Shown here one piece after another: positions 8,467 through 15,486 of a DNA stretch of 64,000 bases. Position 1 is the first letter of the stretch; each line of letters starts with the position of its first letter. The stretch lies in contig JBGTFZ010000112.1 of assembly GCA_041746955.1 (NCBI GenBank), forward strand, positions 6,092 to 70,091. Direction: 5' to 3'. Under the pieces are notes generated by a model. It did no database searches. It was not told the DNA's origin and saw only the letters and a list, made by a program, of their open reading frames with translations. Source of the DNA: Bryobacteraceae bacterium (GTDB lineage: Bacteria > Acidobacteriota > Terriglobia > Bryobacterales > Bryobacteraceae). The position numbers and the translations under genes were made by a program.

Positions 8467-9411
8467 ATGGCACACGAACCCAAGACGCTCCAGGAAGCCA
8501 TTCAGTTCTTCTCGGACCTCGACAACTGCCAGAACTACCTTGTAGCGAAGCGCTGGGCCAATGGCGTCGTGTGCCCTACCTGCGGATCGAATGACGTTCG
8601 CTACCTTGCCAACCAGCGCCGTTGGGAGTGCAAGGCGAAGCACTCCAAGAAGCAATTCTCGATCAAGGTCGGGACCATCTTCGAAGACTCCCCGATCGGC
8701 CTAGACAAGTGGCTTGCAGCGGTATGGATGATTACGAACGCGAAGAACGGCATTTCGTCTTGGGAGATTCACCGCGCTCTTGGTGTCACGCAAAAGACCG
8801 CTTGGTTTATGCTCCATCGCGTTCGTTTGGGTCTTCAGTCGAATGATGGGGGCAAGCTGTCCGGTGAAGTCGAAGTCGATGAATCCTTCATCGGCGGCAA
8901 GGCCCGCAACATGCACGCTGTGAAGCGTGCGGAGCGGATGACAGCGGGATCGAACAAGGGAAAGACCATCGCGGTCGCCATTGTCGAGCGTGGCGGCAAG
9001 GTCAAGACTACCGTTGTCGAGCGCCGTCGAAAAAAGGAACTTCAGGCCGCAGTCCGTGAGCACGTCGAAGTTGGCAGCGCGATCTTCTCCGATGAGCTTC
9101 TGTCCTACGAAGGACTGTCCGAAGACTATCGCCACGCCGTCATCAATCACGCTGTCGAATATGCGCGGGGCAACGTGCACACGAACCATGCCGAGAACTT
9201 CTGGAGCCTCTTGAAGAGAGGAATTCACGGCACGTACGTGAACGTGGAACCTTTCCACCTGTTTCGCTACCTTGACGAACAAGCGTTTCGCTACAACAAC
9301 CGGAAGTTGACCGATGGTCAGCGGTTTGAAACGGCGGTTCAGCAGATCGTTGGCAAGCGCCTCACGTATGCCGATCTCACGGGCAAGGCAGGGTCAGACG
9401 CGGAAGCGTGA
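8467..9411 (+). CDS. IS1595 family (ISXO2-like) DDE transposase
   Basis: 314 aa. It has an N-terminal zinc ribbon (CPTCGS...C), then VEVDESFIGGKARNMH, FSDELLSY and HTNHAENFWSLLKRG. It is clearly related to the second copy at 13942-14892. Confidence 0.9.
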   Translation: MAHEPKTLQEAIQFFSDLDNCQNYLVAKRWANGVVCPTCGSNDVRYLANQRRWECKAKHSKKQFSIKVGTIFEDSPIGLDKWLAAVWMITNAKNGISSWEIHRALGVTQKTAWFMLHRVRLGLQSNDGGKLSGEVEVDESFIGGKARNMHAVKRAERMTAGSNKGKTIAVAIVERGGKVKTTVVERRRKKELQAAVREHVEVGSAIFSDELLSYEGLSEDYRHAVINHAVEYARGNVHTNHAENFWSLLKRGIHGTYVNVEPFHLFRYLDEQAFRYNNRKLTDGQRFETAVQQIVGKRLTYADLTGKAGSDAEA

Positions 9412-9468
9412 TGCCCCGCCAAGGGCGCGGGAAACGCCGCTAGCGGCGGGGCCGTCTAAGTCTATACA

Positions 9469-10281
9469 ATGCCTGAGTCGATGATCCAACTTGAAATCAC
9501 GTGGGGGGGGACTGTCAACGGCTTGTCGGAGCACAGGCTGAGCGTAGCTGCATTTGGCGAACCCCTGAAATTGTTGCTCAGTGCGATTAGGCGAAAGGCC
9601 AACAGCAAACTTCGTGAAGCCGCTGACCGAAGAGATGTTGATGTTGGCAGGTTCAAAGCTGAGGCGCGGAAGATTGACATTGAGATTGAATCGATCACTC
9701 ACGGTTCCGGCGGGATCAGCAGCGTTGTGACCGTTGAAGCCCCGGTTTCTGGACAACATTCCCTCTGGCCAGATGGGCTAGCCGAGGATTCCCTGAAAGA
9801 TGTTCTCGGCGACATCGAATCCGAGGGGAGGGGCAACCGTAGGAATAGGGCCGTTCGGGCATATCTTGCGGCTCTAGACCCCCGAGTTACGGCACAAGAC
9901 TACACGGCTAGTGTTAATGGGACCGTTCTAGCCAGGGTTCATTTGGGAACATTCATTATCTCTGGCGAACTTAGCGATGTCCCCTATATTGTAGAGCCGC
10001 GCGGTCGAATTGTGGGCCTTGGATTCGAACCTGGCCGCCCATTCATACGAATAAAGACAGCCGACGTAAATCAATCGGAAACTACATTTGCGGCCACCCA
10101 GGGACAAGTTGACGAGGCTCTCGAATTAAGGGACCGGGAGGTTCGAGTCCTGAGCGTAGTATCGGCTCTTGGCAAGAAGGTTTTGCGAATACAAGCCAGT
10201 GAAGATCCTCCCGTCCGACTCGACGAGAACGCCTATATTTTCGAGAAATGGAGCGTAGTCCTTGAAAGGCTGGCTCAATGA
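9469..10281 (+). CDS. Hypothetical 270-aa protein, upstream partner of the Doc-like toxin
   Basis: The ORF has no motif I recognise. Its stop overlaps the start of the Doc gene (ATGA at 10278-10281). By eye it is collinear with the 273-aa protein at 12983-13804. The start could be ATG 9481. Confidence 0.6.
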   Translation: MPESMIQLEITWGGTVNGLSEHRLSVAAFGEPLKLLLSAIRRKANSKLREAADRRDVDVGRFKAEARKIDIEIESITHGSGGISSVVTVEAPVSGQHSLWPDGLAEDSLKDVLGDIESEGRGNRRNRAVRAYLAALDPRVTAQDYTASVNGTVLARVHLGTFIISGELSDVPYIVEPRGRIVGLGFEPGRPFIRIKTADVNQSETTFAATQGQVDEALELRDREVRVLSVVSALGKKVLRIQASEDPPVRLDENAYIFEKWSVVLERLAQ

Positions 10282-10709
10282 AGCCATGGGAATCGCTAAT
10301 CTCTCTTGAGCGGATCATGGAGTTGCACGGCAAGGCAATGACGAAGGTTGGGCAAGCGCCAACCGTGGATCGGAAAACGCGGGACTGCGTTGACGGACGA
10401 TTAGGTAATGCTTGGACAGGAGAATCTTATGTGGGGGATGCCAGGGATGCAAGACCGGGACTGTGTTTCGCTGGCTTTCTACTGTTTTACCTAGTCAGAG
10501 ACCATTGCTTCCCTGATGGAAACAAGCGAATCGGTTGGGTCGCAGCGATGGAGATCTTGGCAAGGATTGGCCTTACTGTTAAGGCTACAGATGATGAAGC
10601 CACTGACTTCGTTACCAGAATCGCAGATCAAGAACGGGACGATTCTGTCAAGTCGGGGCTAGATGCCTCACTTTGGTTGGCTGGCAGACTTGAAGCACCA
10701 GCCGTCTGA
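10278..10709 (+). CDS. Fic/Doc family protein (death-on-curing-type toxin)
   Basis: 143 aa. The motif DHCFPDGNKRIGW matches the Doc signature HxFxDGNKR. Confidence 0.8.
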   Translation: MKPWESLISLERIMELHGKAMTKVGQAPTVDRKTRDCVDGRLGNAWTGESYVGDARDARPGLCFAGFLLFYLVRDHCFPDGNKRIGWVAAMEILARIGLTVKATDDEATDFVTRIADQERDDSVKSGLDASLWLAGRLEAPAV

Positions 10710-10883
10710 CGGGCGGTCGCTTTCTGGCAACGTTCGCTTCTTCGGCCCGCGCTTCTTAGGGTTCTTGTCCGCTTCCTTCTTGTAGGCTTCCATCCGCTTC
10801 TTCATCTCATTGCGGGGCACGCCGAGAAGCTGGCTCATCGCGTGGTCGAACGCCTCGAACTCCGGGTTCCTTGATGTTGCCAT
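10668..10883 (-). CDS. Small basic protein (71 aa)
   Basis: An internal Met of track ORF 10668-11120 gives MATSRNPEFEAFDHAMSQLLGVPRNEMKKRMEAYKKEADKNPKKRGPKKR.... It resembles the 54-aa ORF at 7793-7957. There is no clear SD, and its 3' end overlaps the Doc gene by 42 nt. Confidence 0.4.
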   Translation of the reverse strand: MATSRNPEFEAFDHAMSQLLGVPRNEMKKRMEAYKKEADKNPKKRGPKKRTLPESDRPSDGWCFKSASQPK

Positions 10884-10986
10884 TCTGTGGACATCGTAAC
10901 CCACTACGTTCGCGCTTGAAAGTGAAAAACATTCTGCTCTTGCCGGAAAACATTCAGGTGGTAAAATGTTGTGAGAGGTACCCGAA

Positions 10987-11313
10987 ATGAGCACCGACGA
11001 ACAAGACGCGATCATAGGCCGAATGATCCGGGAACGCTCGGAAGTGCAGAAGAGCGTAGCTGCCTTGCGTGAGGATTTAAAGGCGAAGGCGCGGTCGATG
11101 GCTGAACTTGTATCAGCCATCGAAGGACTCGTGAATGGGGAAGCGCGACCGGCCTACATTTCAGACCCAACGAACGACCACACCCAGCACGCCATTTCAA
11201 AACTTCAGTCGGCGCCGGAGAAGGAGGCTATCCTTCAATCTCTCCACCAATTCAACGGGGCGTCGAAGCGCCTGTTGGATCTCAAGAACAACCTCGCCGA
11301 ATTCGGCGCGTAA
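10987..11313 (+). CDS. Hypothetical 108-aa protein (helical or coiled-coil-like)
   Basis: The ORF is divergent from 10668-10883 and has no recognisable motif. It is the last gene before the inner right end. Confidence 0.4.
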   Translation: MSTDEQDAIIGRMIRERSEVQKSVAALREDLKAKARSMAELVSAIEGLVNGEARPAYISDPTNDHTQHAISKLQSAPEKEAILQSLHQFNGASKRLLDLKNNLAEFGA

Positions 11314-11338
11314 GAAAATTCTAACCCCACCGGGCCTG

Positions 11339-12478
11339 TCACGCCGCCTTCAGCGTACCGACCGCCATTCGCTTAGTCAAGTATATTCTTACCAATTCCT
11401 TTCGGAGTCGGTCGTCTTGCTTGTGCGCGAGAGCCTGGGCGGAGGCTATATCACGCGGGATACCGTCCGCTTGGACTTGAGAGAGTACGCCTACCCCCAA
11501 TGACTCCTCAAGACGCCTCAGGACGAGCGAAATAGAATGATAGGTAATATCGATTCCAATCCACTCGCGTTTTAGCAACTGGGCCGCTACGATTGTAGTT
11601 CCGCAACCGCAATAGGCATCTAGCACCACCTGCCCCTCTTGGCTGCACGCCTTTATGATCCGCTCCAAAAGGGCTAGGGGCTTTTGCGTGGGATATCCGA
11701 GGCGCTCAGCTGATGTCGCTTGAAGTGAGTTGATGTCAGTCCACCAGTCTTCTGGAACCTTTCCTTCGTCGAGATAATACTTATAGTATTTCGTCTCCCC
11801 CTTAGCGTTCTTCGTTCCATAAACCAAGCGATACTCGCGGCCATCGGAATCGGTTTCCATGCGCCCGCCGAAACTCTTCTTCCCGCTTCTCATTTCTATA
11901 CGAACCTGATCACCATTGAACACATACTCAGAAGATTTTGAGTAGAAAAAGATGACATCATGCTTGCGCCCGAAGCGGTTCTTGCTCTTGCCGCCGTGGC
12001 TGTAACACCATACGATCTCGTTTATGAAGTCGCCACCGTCCGAACAGAAAACCGCATCCAGAATCAGCTTTAGGTAATGACTTGAAGTAGGGTCACAATG
12101 CAGGAAAAACGTACCCGTTCTCTTGAGGACGCGACGAATCTCGGTAACGCGAAGCGCAATACTGATGAGATACGCCAACAATCCCCCTTCCCCAAGGACA
12201 GGGTGTAGGCCCTTGAGTAGGTCCACAAGCTGAGGCTGAAAGCGACCATGGTCGTTGGATAGAACTTCCGCGTAACCAGTAGTAGCCCTGGCATCCCAAG
12301 TCCACGTGTCCATGAACGCCTGCGCCTGCGCACGGTCCTCTCCCCCTACGTTGTTGTAAATCTGGTTGTAGTTCCGCTTCGAGTTGAAAGGCGGATCGAT
12401 GTAGCATAGATCAACAGTCTCATCTTTGATCTTCTTCCGAAGAATGTCCAGGTTGTCGCCGTAGAAGAGTTTGTTCAT
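11339..12478 (-). CDS. Beta-class N6-adenine (N4/N6 family) DNA methyltransferase, truncated by the IS insertion
   Basis: 379 aa. Motif IV IDPPFNS lies near the N-terminus and motif I VLDAYCGCGTT near the C-terminus, which is the beta-class order. The native sequence ends at ..DDRLRKE (11394). The final 18 codons (LVRIYLTKRMAVGTLKAA) are read from the IS end. Confidence 0.85.
   Translation of the reverse strand: MNKLFYGDNLDILRKKIKDETVDLCYIDPPFNSKRNYNQIYNNVGGEDRAQAQAFMDTWTWDARATTGYAEVLSNDHGRFQPQLVDLLKGLHPVLGEGGLLAYLISIALRVTEIRRVLKRTGTFFLHCDPTSSHYLKLILDAVFCSDGGDFINEIVWCYSHGGKSKNRFGRKHDVIFFYSKSSEYVFNGDQVRIEMRSGKKSFGGRMETDSDGREYRLVYGTKNAKGETKYYKYYLDEGKVPEDWWTDINSLQATSAERLGYPTQKPLALLERIIKACSQEGQVVLDAYCGCGTTIVAAQLLKREWIGIDITYHSISLVLRRLEESLGVGVLSQVQADGIPRDIASAQALAHKQDDRLRKELVRIYLTKRMAVGTLKAA
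11372..11401. repeat. Inner element right end: 22-bp terminal inverted repeat plus 8-bp target duplication (11394-11401)
   Basis: CTTAGTCAAGTATATTCTTACC is followed by AATTCCTT. Confidence 0.9.
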
Positions 12479-12990
12479 ATGCGCTCTGCTTGGGCTCCAG
12501 GTGTCGGCCCTAGGGGCAGGAATGGTTCCGAAGAGACCGGTGCCTTGATTGGGAAGTTGTTCTCTGTTAGCGCGGAATATTTATCCAGTGGCCTGTCGTA
12601 GGTATGGAACTCTGTGACTTTTAGTTGTTCTGCGGTCGCCAGATGAAGAGCGTCGGCAGGCTTCAGTACCCAACCTTTTTCGATTGCCGCCCTCATCAAT
12701 CGTCGTGCCCGTTCGGCGATTGGTTCATACACCTCCACTAGCTTTATTGGTGAGCCGATCCGCCAGAGGTTCCCGATCTTGTCTTCGATCCCTGGATCTA
12801 GGAGTTTGTTGTCCTGCTCAACCTTGGCGAATGCTACTTCTGTGATGCTGATAACAGAGGTGACAATCTGGAAGGTTTCCCCGCTCCGCTTCATCAGCGG
12901 CGCGATGTGCTGGATTCTATCTTCGGTGCCGTTAATGTACGACAGCGGGACGCAGGCATCCCAGTAGATGAATGGGAGGCTGTCAGGCAT
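12475..12990 (-). CDS. PIN domain nuclease (VapC-like)
   Basis: Acidic residues fall in PIN order: IYWDACV, SITEV, KPADALHLATA, TYD. The stop overlaps the methyltransferase ATG (ATGA at 12475-12478). The start is taken at MPDSLPF (12990); the alternative is 13011. Confidence 0.75.
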   Translation of the reverse strand: MPDSLPFIYWDACVPLSYINGTEDRIQHIAPLMKRSGETFQIVTSVISITEVAFAKVEQDNKLLDPGIEDKIGNLWRIGSPIKLVEVYEPIAERARRLMRAAIEKGWVLKPADALHLATAEQLKVTEFHTYDRPLDKYSALTENNFPIKAPVSSEPFLPLGPTPGAQAERI

Positions 12991-13804
12991 CGCGCCCCCT
13001 TCGGATGGCATCTTCTGGCGATAGATCGTTTAGCGATGGCGCCACGCCGCGAGCAGTCTCATAATTCGGAGCGGAAGGCGGCTCATCTAAAAGAGCGATA
13101 CTCCTGACTTGACGGATCGCTAAAGGCCTTCCATTCAGTGGATCGCGGGTGATGAGGCCTTCAATGAACGCCAGTCTGCCCCAAGCGTTACGCAGCAATT
13201 CTTCTTTGCCCTCGGCTATGTAGCAGCCGACGGCCTTGTCATAGAGCAGATCGTAAACCGTAAAGCGGAGAGCGCCCCTATTGGAAAGAGCCTGGACCCT
13301 GCCTTGAATCGCACCGAAAGAAGACGCCGCCGTGGCCGGCGCTTTAATCGCAAGCAGTTCCGAGACAGTGCCGACTGCCGCCGCTGTCTTGGCTTTGGGG
13401 AAGACAAGCAGCCTGGGAGGGCTATCCTGGCTCGTGGGGATCACAGCATCCCTTTGAGCGGTCTCGAACCTCACAGCCTTAACGCGACGGTCCCGTATCG
13501 AGATTATTTTGTTTACAGCCCGGCGAACACGCGGGGACACCTGGACCGGCGTGTGGTTCTCAAGGGCCGTTCCCACTGCCGCATAATCGCGGGCGACTTG
13601 CTCTGCGGCTTGGGGATCACTAAGGGCTCTTGCGGTCGCTATGGCGCTGCTGACCTGAAGGTCATCAATAACCCAATCTAGTTCGGGCGATCCGGCGTCC
13701 TCAGAGAGAGCGCTGACTAGTTCGGCAAAGCGCCCTATGGTGCGGGCGAACTCGCCAAGGGGAATCTCCCCATCAAGAGCGATTGTGATGGTATCGTCTG
13801 GCAT
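12983..13804 (-). CDS. Hypothetical 273-aa protein, upstream partner of the PIN nuclease
   Basis: GGGAGG lies 8 nt upstream of ATG 13804. The 3' end overlaps the PIN start by 8 nt. No known motif. By eye it is collinear with the 270-aa protein at 9469-10281. Confidence 0.65.
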   Translation of the reverse strand: MPDDTITIALDGEIPLGEFARTIGRFAELVSALSEDAGSPELDWVIDDLQVSSAIATARALSDPQAAEQVARDYAAVGTALENHTPVQVSPRVRRAVNKIISIRDRRVKAVRFETAQRDAVIPTSQDSPPRLLVFPKAKTAAAVGTVSELLAIKAPATAASSFGAIQGRVQALSNRGALRFTVYDLLYDKAVGCYIAEGKEELLRNAWGRLAFIEGLITRDPLNGRPLAIRQVRSIALLDEPPSAPNYETARGVAPSLNDLSPEDAIRRGRDA

Positions 13805-13863
13805 GATTCAGCCTCCCTATGCTACGATCAAGTCACCTGAAGATCATTAGCATTTCAGAAGGA

Positions 13864-13889
13864 GCCGTGATTCGTAGTCACGGCTTTTT
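13864..13889. terminator. Hairpin between the transposase and the cargo operon
   Basis: GCCGTGA-ttcgtag-TCACGGC is followed by TTTTT on the plus strand. On the minus strand, where the genes lie, the U-tract is poor, so function is uncertain. Confidence 0.3.
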
Positions 13890-13941
13890 CTTGTCCGGCT
13901 CCAAGGGACGCTTTCCGCGCCTTTGCCTCAGGGCTTCTTTC

Positions 13942-14892
13942 TCAGTTAGCTTGCGATGATCGCTCCTCCATCTGCTTGCCCGTCAGGTGATCGAAAGTCA
14001 GCCGCTTCCCCACGATACCCGAAACCGCCAAGCCGAATCTCTCTGCATCGGTCATCTTGCGATGGTTGTAGCGGAAGCACTGTTCGTCCAAGTAGCGGAA
14101 CAAATGGAACGGCTCGACACTCACGTAGGTTCCGCCGATGCCGCGCTTGAGCAAGCTCCAGAAGTTCTCCATGCCATTGGTGTGGACATTTCCACGGACG
14201 TACTCTTCGGCGTGGTTGATGACCTTGTGAGCGTAGTCGGAAGCAAGCCCGTCGTAGCTTAGCAACTCGTCAGTGTAGACGGTCGAGCCGGGCGCGACGT
14301 GCTGCCGAATCTCAGCTTGGACTTCATGCTTGCGGCGGGTCTCTACAACGGTGGCCTTGACCTTGCCCTTACGCTCTAGCATTCCCATGACGATGACCTT
14401 CCCCACGGTTCCGCGCCCGTTGATTCTGGCCTTTCGCTTGGAGACGTGCATGTTACGAGCTTTACCGCCGATGAACGATTCATCGGCCTCAACTTCCCCC
14501 GACAGTTTTTGTTCGGGGTCCAAGCCGAGGGCAAGGCGAATCCTATGATTCATGAACCATGCAGACTTCTGAGTTACGCCAACGGTGCGGTGAATCTCAT
14601 AGCTGCTCACGCCGTTCTTGCAGTTGACCACCATCCACATCGCCAAGAGCCACTTATCTAACCCGAGTGGCGAACTCTCGAAGATGGTCCCGGTCTTTGT
14701 GGTGAACTGCCGAAGTGCATGCCTGCTGCCACATTGCCAGCGGTTGTACTTCTCCTGAAACAGGACGTTCTTGCTGCCGCATCGCGGGCAAGTCACACCT
14801 TCAGGCCAGCGGTGTGCGACCAAGTAGTCCCGGCAGTTGTCGGGATCGGCGAAGTAAAGGACCGCTTCTTGCAGGGTGTTCGGGCTGGCCAT
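13942..14892 (-). CDS. IS1595 family (ISXO2-like) DDE transposase
   Basis: 316 aa. It has a zinc ribbon (CPRCGS...C), then VEADESFIGGKARNMH, YTDELLSY and HTNGMENFWSLLKRG. The ATG is 49 nt inside the right end of the outer element. Confidence 0.9.
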   Translation of the reverse strand: MASPNTLQEAVLYFADPDNCRDYLVAHRWPEGVTCPRCGSKNVLFQEKYNRWQCGSRHALRQFTTKTGTIFESSPLGLDKWLLAMWMVVNCKNGVSSYEIHRTVGVTQKSAWFMNHRIRLALGLDPEQKLSGEVEADESFIGGKARNMHVSKRKARINGRGTVGKVIVMGMLERKGKVKATVVETRRKHEVQAEIRQHVAPGSTVYTDELLSYDGLASDYAHKVINHAEEYVRGNVHTNGMENFWSLLKRGIGGTYVSVEPFHLFRYLDEQCFRYNHRKMTDAERFGLAVSGIVGKRLTFDHLTGKQMEERSSQAN

Positions 14893-14907
14893 GACTCAAT
14901 AATAGGG

Positions 14908-14949
14908 CCGGTCCGTGTGAGTTGTCAACTATATTATTGCCCTCATTTT
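14908..14949. repeat. Outer element right end: terminal inverted repeat plus 8-bp target duplication (14942-14949)
   Basis: The reverse complement from 14941 reads GGCAATAATATAGTTGACAACTCACACGGACCGG. It is followed on the plus strand by CTCATTTT. Confidence 0.85.
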
Positions 14950-15419
14950 CGGTTCCCACGACGTACTCCGGAGAAGGATACAAACTTGTCCCGCTCGGTC
15001 CGGAAGTCGCGAAATTAGACTACGCGGCCTATATGGGTTCGATCAATCACATCCGATCGACGATGGGAGGGAAATGGCCCCATGCCGGGCTGACTCTCGA
15101 CGATCAGGCGAAGGATATGGCCGGGGAAAAGGCGCAGTGGGATGCCCGGAAGTCGTTTCCCTACGCGGTGCTAAGTCCGGACGGATCGGCTGAGTACGGC
15201 TGCTTCTACATCCGGCCCAGCGGCAAGCAGGGATACGACGCTGTGGCCACGCTGTGGGTGACCAAGGATCAGGCGGAGCACGGCTTCGACCGGAAGCTGG
15301 CGGCGGACATGAAGTCCTGGCTGGCGACCGGGTGGCCCTTCACGAAAGTGGCATGGCCGGGCCTGGACATGCCCCGGGACGAGTGGAATGCGCTTCCCGC
15401 GAAAACTCCGAAGAAATAG
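14942..15419 (+). pseudogene. 3' fragment of the gene split by the outer element (GNAT-like family by weak resemblance)
   Basis: ..SVPTTYSGEGYKLVPLGPEVAKLDYAAYMGSINHIRSTMGGKWPH...FPYAVLSPDGSAEYGCFYIRP. The track ORF start at 14922 is a TTG inside the IS end. The true N-terminus is at 7659-7734. Confidence 0.7.
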
Positions 15420-15486
15420 CTAAAGTCCAGAGCCACTCTGGTCGATAGGCGTCCATGAGCCGACCTATGGCCCAGGACGTGGCCCC

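Larger units (their letters stand above)
8419..11393 (+). mobile_element. IS1595-family transposon with passenger genes (inner element, ~3.0 kb), nested in the outer one
   Basis: Perfect 22-bp terminal inverted repeats GGTAAGAATATACTTGACTAAG. An identical 8-bp duplication AATTCCTT lies at 8411-8418 and 11394-11401. The transposase ATG is 48 nt inside the left end. Confidence 0.9.
7735..14941 (-). mobile_element. IS1595-family transposon with passenger genes (outer element, ~7.2 kb)
   Basis: The imperfect terminal inverted repeats match at 28 of the first 34 positions. An identical 8-bp duplication CTCATTTT lies at 7727-7734 and 14942-14949. One IS1595-type transposase sits at the right end. 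In-silico excision restores a 181-aa ORF. Confidence 0.85.

Noticed and set aside
7972-8655. Full 227-aa track ORF for the nuclease fragment, starting at 8655
   Set aside because: Residues upstream of ..TKEFEKW are read antisense through the IS end and the transposase 5' region. The real coding sequence is only the 3' fragment up to 8418, which continues at 11402 in the uninterrupted gene.
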